A stretch of 64,000 bases of DNA from Opitutia bacterium. GTDB taxonomy: Bacteria; Verrucomicrobiota; Verrucomicrobiia; Opitutales; T3Sed10-336. The notes under the pieces were generated by a model. That model worked only from the letters and a program-made list of their open reading frames with translations. It made no database searches and was not told where the DNA came from. Shown piece by piece: positions 1 to 9,930 of this stretch (position 1 is the first letter of the stretch; the number at the start of each line of letters is the position of its first letter). Where the stretch lies: contig JBJHCF010000001.1 of NCBI GenBank assembly GCA_050506795.1, positions 32,001 to 96,000 on the forward strand. Reading direction: 5' to 3'. Position numbers and translations under genes: made by a program.

Positions 1-1044
1 CTGTTCGTGGGCCCCCGTGGCACCGGCAAGACCAGTCTCGCCCGTATTTTCGCCAAGGCGCTCAATTGCGCCACCGGGGTCACCGCCACTCCGTGTAACG
101 CCTGTCCCTCGTGCGAGACGATTACGGCGGGCAACTCCATGGATGTGATCGAGGTCGACGGAGCCTCCAACAACTCGGTGGACCAGATCCGCGACTTGCG
201 CGACGATGTGCGTTACGCGCCCACTCAGGGCAAGTACAAGATTTACATCATCGACGAGGTGCACATGTTGTCGAATCAGGCGTTCAACGCCTTGCTGAAG
301 ACGCTGGAGGAGCCGCCTTCGCATGTGAAGTTCGTGTTCGCCACCACCGAGTCCCAGAAGGTGCTTCCCACCATCGTTTCCCGTTGTCAGCGTTTCGAGT
401 TGAAGCCGATCGCCGATTCGCTGATCGCCGAGCGGTTGGGGAGTATCGCCGGCGAAGAGGGGGTGGACATCGAGCCGGAAGCCCTGTCGGCCATCGCCCG
501 TTTGGCTTTCGGCGGCATGCGCGATTCCCAGTCCATTCTGGATCAGATGATCTCATTTTGCGGAAAGAAGATTTCCGCCCGGGACGTTCAGGAGGTGTAC
601 GGAATTCTTTCCGAGGAGCAGGTGCGTGCCCTGGCGGCCCACCTGGTGGCCGGCGATTACCGCGGGTTGGTCGATGCGGTCGATGCCATGGCGGATGAAG
701 GGCGCGACCTCTTCCGGGCGTTGGTCGATCTGCAGGCTTTTCTGCGGGAAGCCCTCGTCGCCGCCGTGCGCGGCGAAGATAGGTTGGGACCGGGTGGGGC
801 GAAGGGTTCGCCGGAACGTTTGACCCGTATTCTGGAGGTTTTGCGTGACGGGCGGGAAAAGGTGATGCACGGACTATCCGACCGCATCAATTTTGAGATC
901 GTGCTGTTGAAGGCGGCTGAGGAGGGGCAAACGCGGGCCATCGATACGGTGGTCCGAGAGTTGGCTGAACTGGCGTCCGCCCTGCCGGCGGAGGAGCCGG
1001 CCGAAAAAAAAAAGCCGCAAGTCTCCCTGAGCGCGACGCCGTAG
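1..1044 (+). CDS. dnaX: DNA polymerase III subunit gamma/tau (5'-truncated by window edge; zero-frame product ends at TAG 1042-1044)
   Basis: Walker A GPRGTGKT, zinc module CNACPSC, IDEVHML, SRC motif, GGMRD sensor. Confidence 0.97.
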   Translation: MFVGPRGTGKTSLARIFAKALNCATGVTATPCNACPSCETITAGNSMDVIEVDGASNNSVDQIRDLRDDVRYAPTQGKYKIYIIDEVHMLSNQAFNALLKTLEEPPSHVKFVFATTESQKVLPTIVSRCQRFELKPIADSLIAERLGSIAGEEGVDIEPEALSAIARLAFGGMRDSQSILDQMISFCGKKISARDVQEVYGILSEEQVRALAAHLVAGDYRGLVDAVDAMADEGRDLFRALVDLQAFLREALVAAVRGEDRLGPGGAKGSPERLTRILEVLRDGREKVMHGLSDRINFEIVLLKAAEEGQTRAIDTVVRELAELASALPAEEPAEKKKPQVSLSATP

Positions 1045-1289
1045 AAGTCCCCGAGGTCACGTCGGCGGTGCCGGAGGATCCCGCCCCGTGGGAAAACGCG
1101 ACTGGTGTTATCTCCCCGGCGGTTGACGTCTCGGGAAATGGGGGTCATTCGACCACCGAGGCCGATTCAGGCCTTTCGCTGGACGAGGCTGTGGCCCGGG
1201 TTCCCGAGTCCACCAGACGTCAGTTGGAGGAGCTGTTTCGCGGACGTTTTATCGGCGTCAAGCGGATCAAGCCCGGGGAAATCCGCTGA
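1011..1289 (+). CDS. dnaX: -1 frame continuation of dnaX (probable tau C-terminal extension; ORF track shows it as 1068-1289)
   Basis: Frame is open from the A10 run (1004-1013) to TGA 1287-1289; encodes an acidic Pro-rich linker then a helical segment (LEELFRGRFIGVKRI). Confidence 0.7.
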   Translation, partial: KAASLPERDAVEVPEVTSAVPEDPAPWENATGVISPAVDVSGNGGHSTTEADSGLSLDEAVARVPESTRRQLEELFRGRFIGVKRIKPGEIR

Positions 1290-1299
1290 GGCATTCGGG

Positions 1300-2436
1300 C
1301 TAACCCGGCAGACCCAGGCGCTTGGCGGAAACGCCGTGCTCGGCCAGTTTTTCCTGCAGGCGTTCAGTGTCGAGGATTCCCACCAACCGCCCTTCGGCGT
1401 AAACCGGGAAGACTTTTTTCCGGTTGCGAACCAGCATTTCGTAGAAAAGATCCAGCGGCCACTGCGCTTGCAGCAGGGACACATTTCGCTCGCAGTGGCG
1501 GCCGATGGGGTCGCCGTGCAGAAAGCTTTCTTCCCGCAGGATTTCGATGTGGTCTTTGAGCAACATGCCGAAAAGGGTTTCGCGTTCGTCTCCGATCATA
1601 AGGGCGCGGGCCTGCGATTGGTCGAATTCCCGCAAGGCTTCTCCCACCGGGCAATCCGGGTGGACGACCGAGTAATCGTTGTCGATCAAGTCGCCGATGT
1701 AGAGATCGTTGAGCAACTCCTTGCGCTCCACGATGCGGTATTCCATATTGCCGGCCATATAGATGAAGGCGAACAGCAGAGCGGGAATCACGGCGATCCC
1801 GAGCCCGAACGCGGGCAGGACAAAAAGCGCCGCGAAGATTCCCGCGGTCGATAGAATCTTCGACACCAGCGCGGCGGTCGCGGTGGATTTCAGATAGCTG
1901 TAACGGTAGGTGAGCAACGCCCGCAGGACACGGCCGCCGTCCATGGGAAAGATCGGCAGCAGATTGAAAAGGCCCATCACCAGGTTCACCATCAGCAACG
2001 CCTGGAACAGGGTGCGCGGGTCGACGATGGGGAAGGCGCCCCTTCGGGACAGCTCGGCCAGTTCCCAGGGGATTCCACCGAGAATCAGCAGGAGTGGGAC
2101 CAGCGCGAAATTGACGACCGGGCCGGCGATTGAAATCGCGAGTTCCTTGGACGCCTCCCGGGGGAGGCTTTGGAATTGGGCCATGCCTCCAATCGGCAGC
2201 AGCAGGATACGAATCACCTCAACGCCATAATATTGCGCGACCAGACTGTGCCCCAGTTCGTGCAGCACCAGGCAGGTAAATACGAGCAGGATGAAAATCA
2301 GGCTCCAGAAGAGTCCGCTGGTCCCGTCGCTTAACAGTCCGACACAGGCGATTATTCCCAGCAGGGCAAAAAACGTGGCATGGATCTCCAGGCGAATCCC
2401 GAAGATCGAGCACAAGTGAATTGACCAGGATCGCAT
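1300..2436 (-). CDS. Site-2 protease (peptidase M50) with C-terminal CBS pair
   Basis: HELGH and NLLPIFPMDGGR motifs, multiple TM segments, CBS-like C-terminus. Confidence 0.93.
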   Translation of the reverse strand: MRSWSIHLCSIFGIRLEIHATFFALLGIIACVGLLSDGTSGLFWSLIFILLVFTCLVLHELGHSLVAQYYGVEVIRILLLPIGGMAQFQSLPREASKELAISIAGPVVNFALVPLLLILGGIPWELAELSRRGAFPIVDPRTLFQALLMVNLVMGLFNLLPIFPMDGGRVLRALLTYRYSYLKSTATAALVSKILSTAGIFAALFVLPAFGLGIAVIPALLFAFIYMAGNMEYRIVERKELLNDLYIGDLIDNDYSVVHPDCPVGEALREFDQSQARALMIGDERETLFGMLLKDHIEILREESFLHGDPIGRHCERNVSLLQAQWPLDLFYEMLVRNRKKVFPVYAEGRLVGILDTERLQEKLAEHGVSAKRLGLPG

Positions 2437-2519
2437 GGTGGATTAACTAAAACGGTTTCGTTCGGCACTGGTGGACATTCTTCCGCGGGAGCCGGTAATG
2501 ATCCTTTGCTCAGTAGATA

Positions 2520-4088
2520 ATGGTGAATTCAGGAAAAAGTCCAACTATTCTTATCATCGATGACGATAACGAGATTCGCTATTCACTCGAGCGGGTTTTT
2601 TCATCACGCAACTACCGTATCCTGAGTGCGGCCAGCGGGGAAGCCGGAATCGAAATTATCCGGTCCGAATCCCCCAATGTGGTGTTCCTGGATATTCGCA
2701 TGGGAGGAATGAGCGGCCTGGAGACACTGCAGCACATCAAGTCCCTCGATCCCAATCCGATGGTCATTCTCATGACCGCCTATGGCACGACACAAACCGC
2801 CATCGAAGCAATGAAGTTCGGGGCCTTCGATTATCTGATGAAACCTTTCGATATGAAGAAGGTGATTCGGTTGACCGAAGGGGCGCTGAAGGCGCATGAG
2901 GACTTGCGGCGCATCAAGGATTACCGGCCGGTGATCAACAGCGAAGATTATCAAGAGGGGATTGTCGGGCATTCCGAGGCGATGCAAACGGTGTTCAAGG
3001 TGATCGGGCAAGTGGCCTCCAGCAATGTCACAATCCTCATCACGGGCGAAAGCGGCACGGGCAAGGAACTGGTATCGCGCTGCATTTTTCAGCACAGTCA
3101 ACGGCACAACAAACCCTTTGTCGCGGTGAACTGCGCGGCTCTGCCGGAGAATCTGATCGAAAGCGAACTCTTTGGTCACGAAAAGGGGGCTTTCACCGGC
3201 GCCACCAGCCAGCGGCAGGGAAAGTTCGAGCTGTGCGACGGGGGAACGATTTTTCTCGATGAGATCGGCGATATGAGCCCGCCGACCCAGACGAAGGTCC
3301 TGCGGGTGATCCAGGAGGGGGAGTTTCAGCGGGTGGGCGGCTCGAAGACCATCAAAACCGATGTCCGCCTGATCGCCGCCACCAATCGAAATCTCGAGCA
3401 AATGGTCAAGGAAAAGACCTTTCGCGAAGACTTGTATTACCGCCTGAACGTGGTGCGCATCCGCCTGCCGTCGCTGCGCGAACGCAAGGAGGATATTCCG
3501 GAACTGGTGGAATATTGCCTGCAGAAGCTGGAAAAGAACCGTCAGTCCCGGGTAAAAAAAGTCTCCCCCGAGGCAGCGGCGTTGCTCTCCGCTTACGATT
3601 GGCCGGGTAACGTGCGTGAGTTGGAGAATGTGATCTACCGAAGCGCGGTGCTGGCCCAGGGGAATGCGATCCTGGTCAAGGATCTGCCGGACGAAATCAG
3701 GACTCCTTCTCTGGCCGAAAAGCGGCCCGAGGCCGAGGCCGCGCGGGTTGATGACGATTCTTCCGCGGGCGATGACGGATCATCGATTCCCTCGGCGGCG
3801 CCGCTTTCTCCTCCGGCCGGGGAGGCATTCGGGGATGAGCCCGGGTTCGGATCGGACCCTTCGACTCCGGCAGGGCCGCGCACAATGGACGAAGCCTTCA
3901 ACGAGCTTTACGCTCGCATGCGGGAGGAATCCGCCGATTCTGTTCTCGATACCCTGGAACGGGAGATGATTCTTCGCGCGTTGCGCGAAACCGGCGGCAA
4001 CCAGGTGAAAGCTTCCGGCATTCTGGGTATCACCCGGGCCACCCTGCGCAAACGGATCGATCAGTTTTCGCTCAAGGAAAGGATCTAG
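2520..4088 (+). CDS. Sigma-54-dependent response regulator (NtrC/AtoC family)
   Basis: Receiver domain, [22 protein letters not shown], Fis-type HTH. Confidence 0.95.
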   Translation: MVNSGKSPTILIIDDDNEIRYSLERVFSSRNYRILSAASGEAGIEIIRSESPNVVFLDIRMGGMSGLETLQHIKSLDPNPMVILMTAYGTTQTAIEAMKFGAFDYLMKPFDMKKVIRLTEGALKAHEDLRRIKDYRPVINSEDYQEGIVGHSEAMQTVFKVIGQVASSNVTILITGESGTGKELVSRCIFQHSQRHNKPFVAVNCAALPENLIESELFGHEKGAFTGATSQRQGKFELCDGGTIFLDEIGDMSPPTQTKVLRVIQEGEFQRVGGSKTIKTDVRLIAATNRNLEQMVKEKTFREDLYYRLNVVRIRLPSLRERKEDIPELVEYCLQKLEKNRQSRVKKVSPEAAALLSAYDWPGNVRELENVIYRSAVLAQGNAILVKDLPDEIRTPSLAEKRPEAEAARVDDDSSAGDDGSSIPSAAPLSPPAGEAFGDEPGFGSDPSTPAGPRTMDEAFNELYARMREESADSVLDTLEREMILRALRETGGNQVKASGILGITRATLRKRIDQFSLKERI

Positions 4089-4172
4089 CGTGGTCGACAG
4101 TCACCCCGATGCGGCCGCGCGTCGTGATATCCGTCGAACCTGAATCGATCCGTCCCGGGCGACCGGTCCCGT

Positions 4173-4472
4173 TCAGGAGCTCCAATTGTAGGAAACGAAA
4201 CGCTTGGCCAGGGGACGGGTGAACTTGCGCACGAATTCCCGCCGAATGGGATGATTCTTGTAGTGTTCTTCCGTTGCCTTGTTCAGGAAGGTCATGGTGA
4301 TCCCGACTGCAAAGCTGTCGTCCACCGAACCCCGGCCGCTGGGGATCGGGATACCGGTGCTGAAATTTTCCACTCCGGGGATGTGCGCCAGGGTTTGGGC
4401 GCCTCGCAGTAGTTTCTCCCGATTGGATTCATACGGAGAGTCGACCCAAAAGATATTAACGTGGGTAATCAT
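4173..4472 (-). CDS. Dabb family (stress-responsive A/B barrel) protein
   Basis: Start at MITHVNIFW; IPGV ... Y.NHP..EFV pattern; 99 aa. Confidence 0.75.
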   Translation of the reverse strand: MITHVNIFWVDSPYESNREKLLRGAQTLAHIPGVENFSTGIPIPSGRGSVDDSFAVGITMTFLNKATEEHYKNHPIRREFVRKFTRPLAKRFVSYNWSS

Positions 4473-4560
4473 AAGGGATAAGGGTGTTCGTTGGCGATTG
4501 CCCCCGGAGGGGCGAAATGAACCGGGCTGTGATCCCCGGACAGAATCGAATCGATCAGGG

Positions 4561-4797
4561 TTAAAGGCTGGAGTGGGATCCGTCGCAAAACGGCGGGTTG
4601 CCGGTTTGTTTGCAGCCACACCAGGCGATCTTCTTTTTTTCAGTCACTTTTTCGATCACGGGACGGAACGGAGTTTCTTTGTGGGATCCGTCGCAGAAGG
4701 GTTGTTTGGCGGACAAACCGCAGGCGCACCAGGCGTAGGTGCCAGGTTCGACTTCCATGACGTAAGGTTGTTTTTGAGCGATCTTTGGCTTTTCCAT
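4561..4797 (-). CDS. Tandem CDGSH iron-sulfur domain protein (MiNT/CISD3-like)
   Basis: Two C-x-C-x9-CDGSH-type motifs: CACGLSAKQPFCDGSH and CGCKQTGNPPFCDGSH. Confidence 0.92.
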   Translation of the reverse strand: MEKPKIAQKQPYVMEVEPGTYAWCACGLSAKQPFCDGSHKETPFRPVIEKVTEKKKIAWCGCKQTGNPPFCDGSHSSL

Positions 4798-4998
4798 AAT
4801 AAATTGACTTTCTAGATGATGCACCGGCTCGCGTCAACCTTGGGCCGGAATTGTCGGAGGAATCTCACGCGACTTTCGGAGGTCAGATTAACGAGCCGTA
4901 GGGATATTGAGTGACCTGGATGATTTCGGGGCAAGAACGACGGTTCAGGACTCTGGAGGGTGGTTGCATTCCGCATGGGGTGGGGATATAATCGCAAT

Positions 4999-5412
4999 AT
5001 GAAAAAATCCCTTTTTTGCGGCCTTGCCTGTCTGCTTCTGGTGGGGTGTGTTTCCACCCCGGAGCGGAGAATCGCCAAAGAGCCGGAACTGTTCGCCGGT
5101 TTCCCGGAGGACGTGCAGGCGAACGTCCGCGCCGGAAACGTTGAGGTCGGTTACAACCGCGACATGGTTCGGCTGGCGCTGGGTGAAGCGGATCGGGTAA
5201 GCACCCGGCGGAGAGAGGGAGAGTTGCTCGAGGTTTGGACGTACGTCGGAGTGCACCACACGTCGGAAAGTTACCGGGTCCGGGATTTCGGCCGTTTCAG
5301 CACCATCGATCAACACGTGGTGATCGAGCGCTCCCGCCAGAACGTGTATGACCGGGTGCGGGTTGAGTTTCGCGACGGAGTGGTAGTCGCTGTCGAAATG
5401 GTGCAGCGGTGA
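4999..5412 (+). CDS. Hypothetical lipoprotein (SmpA/BamE-like fold possible)
   Basis: Signal peptide MKKSLFCGLACLLLVGC with lipobox; V..ALGEAD...EVWTY pattern. Confidence 0.75.
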   Translation: MKKSLFCGLACLLLVGCVSTPERRIAKEPELFAGFPEDVQANVRAGNVEVGYNRDMVRLALGEADRVSTRRREGELLEVWTYVGVHHTSESYRVRDFGRFSTIDQHVVIERSRQNVYDRVRVEFRDGVVVAVEMVQR

Positions 5413-5421
5413 AGCTGAATT

Positions 5422-7830
5422 TCAACGGGCCGCCGCCACGGCATCGCGGTGTTCCTGCTCCAGATCAATGAGGTCACTGAGGACCCGCAAGGTTTCCCGC
5501 AAGTGGATATCAAGACGTTCCCGGTTGCCGTTTTCCTCATCGGGGCTGTCGAGGTCACGCGGATCCGGCAGGTCCGGGTCGGGCGGGTAGGCCGGATTTC
5601 CGTTGTCCGCGGATTCAAGAAGGATTTCCGCGTAGGTCAGTGAGTGGGTTCGTGCCAGTTCGTCCTCCCGTTCATTCATCGCATCCCGGAAGGCCCGGTC
5701 GCTTTCACGCTGGGATCTGCGGGCTTCCAGATTGAGAGATACGGATTTGCGATCCTGACGCTGTTGAAACCAGTCGATGTTTTCATTCCAGTACACGAAT
5801 TCATACAGGCTGGATTGCCGCTCCCGGCTCATTTCCACGATCTGCTCGCGCCGTTCATCCGTAATGGGGAAAACGACGCCCGCCCGGCGTTTGTCGCGTT
5901 CCCAGTTGGGAGCGGTCAGGGTGTCCCATGCCAGGGCGTTGGGCAGGGAGGATTCACCGATGGGAAGAAAGTCGTTGAAGGAGGGGATCACGACGTCCGG
6001 AATCATGCCCCGGTTTTGGGTGGAGGCTCCGTCGGGCAGGTAGAATTTTTGCACCGTCATCTTGGTAGCCCCGGTGCCGGTGCTGGCGGTACGTGGCAGG
6101 CCGAGATAATTGCCGAGCTCGTAGACCGCCTGTACGGTGCCCTTGCCGTGGGTTGAGGATTCCCCCACCACAATGGCGCGTTCGTACGCCTGAAGGGCTC
6201 CGGCCACGATTTCGGAGGCGGAGGCGCTGTTCTTGGAAACGAGAATGCCGAGCGAACCGTCGTAAACCCGGCCGTTGCGGGGGACGGGGTCGGATTGGAC
6301 GTTACCGAATGAATCCTGCTTCATGACCACCGGACCGGCGTCGATAAAGAGGCCCGTCAGATTGATGGCTTCGCTCAGCAGACCGCCCCCGTTGCGCCGC
6401 AGATCGAGGACCAGGCCGTCGATGCCTTCCTCTTTCATTTTTCCGATCAGTTCCTTGACGTCTTCCGTGGTGCTGGTGTTGGTCTCGGCACTGCCGTAAA
6501 AGGACGGGATCTCGATTACACCGAGGCTCCGGGTGTTGCCGCTTTCAAGAGGGAAATCGTAGATCCTCCCCCGTGCCTGGCGCGCGGTCAGTTTAACCTC
6601 GTCCCGTACGATGGTGACCTCTTCGCGGGCTGAGGGATCGGTGGCGTTGGCGGGAATGACGGTGAGGGTCACCTCGGTGCCTTTTTCGCCTCGGATCATG
6701 TTCACGATCCGGCGAAGTTTCATGTCGACGACATCGACCGGTTCTTCGTTTTCCTGTTTTACCGCCACGATCCGGTCTTCCGGCTGCAGGCGATTGGTCA
6801 GGTCGGCCGGGCCGCCGGGAACCAGTTCGCGGATGACGCAGTAGCCGTCTTCGGAGGAAAGGACCGCGCCGATACCCACCAGGGAAAGACGCATATTGAT
6901 GCTGAAATCCTCGAGAGTGTTGGCCGAGAGAAAGGTCGAGTGGGGATCAAACATCTTGGTCAGGGTGGTCAGGTAGAGTTCCTGGATTTCCACCGCGTCG
7001 ATGTCGCCAATACTCTGTTTCATGCGCTGATAGCGGCGCTCGATTCGCTCCAGCGCTCGCTCCATTTCGAGGTTGCGCGCTTTGGCTCGAACCAGGACGG
7101 TCAATTCATCCGCTTCCAGATCACTCAGGTTGCGGTCCTCGCTCTCCAGCCGTTCGAGCAGCAGAGTCAGCAGGGCTTCCTGATCGTTCTCCTGGAAGAG
7201 CTCGGCCAGCGAATCGGTTTCGATGGCTTTTCCAGCTGCGGCGGCTTCTTCGTAATGCCCCTCGATACGCTTCAGGACGGCTCGCACCGGCTCGTCGTCC
7301 AGGACCATCTGCAGAACCTCGTGTTTGATTCGTTTCTCCCAGAGCTGCTCGGCTTCCGTATCGTCGCGCGGCCAATCCGCCTCCCGGCGATCGAACTGGT
7401 ACTCGAGGTCCGTGTTGAGATCGAAATCCTCCTCCAGCCGGGAAAGCACCCACTCCAGACGATCCAGCGCGCGTGCTTTGTAGCGGGAGAAAATTTTCAT
7501 CGCCGGATCAAGATTCCCCTGAAAGATGCCGAATTCCAGTTCGGGAACGAACCGTTCGACGATTTGCCGTTGATCCTCCCGGGTGTAAAAGAGGCGGGCG
7601 TGATCCAGTTCCGCCATGTACCGGGTGAGCAGGTCTTCCAGGTCAAGGTCGGAAATCGACCGTTTGCTGAAGTGGGCGTGTTCGAGAAGCTGCACCACCA
7701 TGGTGGCTTCCCGCTCCATCAGGGGGGTGGAGGTAAACTCGGTCTCAAAGGGCGCATCCGCCGTGAGCAGGGCGACAGGTATGAAAATGGCGGGGAGGAG
7801 GCGGATCAGCAGTTTTTTCATAACGAACAT
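5422..7830 (-). CDS. prc: Carboxy-terminal processing protease (tail-specific protease, S41A)
   Basis: Signal peptide, DPHS, PDZ GIGA, DLRRNGGGLL, SASASEIVAGALQ, GKGTVQ. Confidence 0.93.
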   Translation of the reverse strand: MFVMKKLLIRLLPAIFIPVALLTADAPFETEFTSTPLMEREATMVVQLLEHAHFSKRSISDLDLEDLLTRYMAELDHARLFYTREDQRQIVERFVPELEFGIFQGNLDPAMKIFSRYKARALDRLEWVLSRLEEDFDLNTDLEYQFDRREADWPRDDTEAEQLWEKRIKHEVLQMVLDDEPVRAVLKRIEGHYEEAAAAGKAIETDSLAELFQENDQEALLTLLLERLESEDRNLSDLEADELTVLVRAKARNLEMERALERIERRYQRMKQSIGDIDAVEIQELYLTTLTKMFDPHSTFLSANTLEDFSINMRLSLVGIGAVLSSEDGYCVIRELVPGGPADLTNRLQPEDRIVAVKQENEEPVDVVDMKLRRIVNMIRGEKGTEVTLTVIPANATDPSAREEVTIVRDEVKLTARQARGRIYDFPLESGNTRSLGVIEIPSFYGSAETNTSTTEDVKELIGKMKEEGIDGLVLDLRRNGGGLLSEAINLTGLFIDAGPVVMKQDSFGNVQSDPVPRNGRVYDGSLGILVSKNSASASEIVAGALQAYERAIVVGESSTHGKGTVQAVYELGNYLGLPRTASTGTGATKMTVQKFYLPDGASTQNRGMIPDVVIPSFNDFLPIGESSLPNALAWDTLTAPNWERDKRRAGVVFPITDERREQIVEMSRERQSSLYEFVYWNENIDWFQQRQDRKSVSLNLEARRSQRESDRAFRDAMNEREDELARTHSLTYAEILLESADNGNPAYPPDPDLPDPRDLDSPDEENGNRERLDIHLRETLRVLSDLIDLEQEHRDAVAAAR

Positions 7831-7944
7831 TATTATTAGTGCATTTTTCCTTTTTGTCGCTTCCGGAATCGAATTTGTTCCGTGACGATACCGTGTCGCG
7901 GCGACCGGAATTGGGATTTATCCGTTCTATGCCTGTGCCTCCGC

Positions 7945-8826
7945 CTATTTGCTGAGGATGTCTTTGGCTTGATCCAGGGTACGTTTTTCCTCGTCGGTGA
8001 GCGACCCGAACCCTTCGGAATTGATCTTGTCGAGAATCCGGTCCACTTCCTTTTGCAGGTCACGCCGGTTGGTCAGGTTCACCTGGTACTTGCCGGCTGC
8101 CGGAGCGGCGGTCTTGCCTTTCTTCTTAAACCATTGCGGCACTTCGACTTTCGGTTTGACGCTCTTCAGATCGGGCAGGCTGCTGAAGATGAGTTTAAAA
8201 AACAGGTAGCCAGCCAGGGCTCCTCCCAGATGGGCCGAGTGGGCGATGGCTCGTCCGTCGCCCATCTGCCCGCGGCCCGGGAGTTCAATAAACAGCAAAC
8301 CGAGGAGACTGAATCCGACAATGATGTAGGCGATCGTGCGCGGGCGGATGAAAATCGGGAGGAAAAAGAGTCCGATCGGCCGGTCGGGATGCATGCAGAT
8401 GAAAAAAATCACCAGGCCGGTGACCGCTCCCGAGGCTCCCATCAGGACCGAAGGCTGGTTGAGATTGAAAGCCAGCCAGAAGGTGCCTCCCAGCAACGCG
8501 GCGATAAAGTAAAGCCAGCAAAAGAGTTTATTGCCCAGAACCACCGCCAATTCCCGCCCGAAGATGTAGAGCAGCAGCATGTTGATTCCGATATGAAAAA
8601 AACCTCCATGCAGGAAGGCATAGGTGAAAAGCGTCCAGATGAAACCGAAGCGGATCGAGTCGCTGGACAAACCCAGAATGTCCTGTGCGGCGCTGCTCTG
8701 GAACCACTGCTGAACGATCAACTGAACCACGTAAATCGCCAGCGTCGCGTACAGAAGCCAATGCATCGCCGTCCACGGCGAAGCGTGGTGTCCCTGCGGA
8801 CGCATGTACGGGCGATCATAAAGCAT
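7945..8826 (-). CDS. Rhomboid intramembrane serine protease with C-terminal helical extension
   Basis: FLH...HI..NM, GASG, AHLGG motifs; tail VDRILDKINSEGFGSLT. Confidence 0.92.
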   Translation of the reverse strand: MLYDRPYMRPQGHHASPWTAMHWLLYATLAIYVVQLIVQQWFQSSAAQDILGLSSDSIRFGFIWTLFTYAFLHGGFFHIGINMLLLYIFGRELAVVLGNKLFCWLYFIAALLGGTFWLAFNLNQPSVLMGASGAVTGLVIFFICMHPDRPIGLFFLPIFIRPRTIAYIIVGFSLLGLLFIELPGRGQMGDGRAIAHSAHLGGALAGYLFFKLIFSSLPDLKSVKPKVEVPQWFKKKGKTAAPAAGKYQVNLTNRRDLQKEVDRILDKINSEGFGSLTDEEKRTLDQAKDILSK

Positions 8827-8967
8827 ACCCTCTCACAATACCACCGTGAGGACGCTTGACAAGCGAGCTTTGGAGGCAATTTCCAAGTTTTTGCCGGAAA
8901 GCACCTAACTTCCTGCCGCGGTTTGCGGCATTGACAGATTTCCTCCGGGTATATCAATCCTCGGGAT

Positions 8968-9927
8968 ATGAAAATCGTAGTATTGGACGCGGCGACCCTG
9001 GGAATGGAGGAAGCGGATTGGGAGCCTTTCCGGCAAAAGGGGTACCTGACGTTATATCCGCTCACTCCCTATGAAACGGATGCGGTTGTCGAGCGGGCGG
9101 CCGGCGCCGATGTTGTTCTCAGCAACAAGGTTCCTCTCCTCGGTCCCGAACTTTCCGTCTTGCCTTCGCTTCGCCTCATTTCGGTCCTGGCAACCGGTTT
9201 CAATAACGTGGATCTGACCGCCGCCCGGGCCGCCGGCGTGACCGTCTGTAACGTGCCCGCCTACAGCACCGCCTCCACAGCACAGCATGCGGTGGCGCTG
9301 ATTCTCGAACTCTGCAACCGGGTCGGGGCTCACGATTCCTCGGTGCGCGCGGGGGATTGGGTCCGTTCGTCCCGCTTTTCCTACTGGAAGGGCGACCTGG
9401 TGGAGTTGGAGGGTAAAACGGTGGGCATTGTCGGTTTTGGGCAGATCGGACGACGTGTGGGGGCGACCGTCGCGGCCCTGGGCGCCCGCGTTCTGGCTTC
9501 GGCCCGTCGGCGGCGCGACGCTCCCGATTATCCTTTCGAGTGGGCCGACACACAGGACATCTTCGAGCGCTCCGATGTCGTCACCCTGCATTGTCCGCAG
9601 ACGGAGGAAACCACGGATTTGGTCAACGCCGAATCTCTGCGCCGAATGAAACGAACCGCCTTCCTGGTCAACACCGCCCGCGGAGGTCTGGTCGACGAGG
9701 CGGATTTGGCCGAAGCGTTGGATGAGGGGATAATCGCCGGCGCGGCGGTGGATGTGTTGCGGAAGGAGCCGATGGCGGAGGACTGTCCCCTGCGCGACGT
9801 TCCCAACTGCATCGTCACGCCGCACATGGCTTGGTCGGGACGGGAAAGTCGGCGGCGCCTGCTGGAGGAAACCCTGGCCAACCTTGATGCGTTTCAACGC
9901 GGCGAACCGCGGAACGTTGTGAGCTGA
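8968..9927 (+). CDS. D-2-hydroxyacid dehydrogenase (glycerate dehydrogenase/hydroxypyruvate reductase-like)
   Basis: GFGQIG Rossmann motif, NTARGGLVDE, TPHMAW. Confidence 0.92.
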   Translation: MKIVVLDAATLGMEEADWEPFRQKGYLTLYPLTPYETDAVVERAAGADVVLSNKVPLLGPELSVLPSLRLISVLATGFNNVDLTAARAAGVTVCNVPAYSTASTAQHAVALILELCNRVGAHDSSVRAGDWVRSSRFSYWKGDLVELEGKTVGIVGFGQIGRRVGATVAALGARVLASARRRRDAPDYPFEWADTQDIFERSDVVTLHCPQTEETTDLVNAESLRRMKRTAFLVNTARGGLVDEADLAEALDEGIIAGAAVDVLRKEPMAEDCPLRDVPNCIVTPHMAWSGRESRRRLLEETLANLDAFQRGEPRNVVS

Positions 9928-9930
9928 ATT

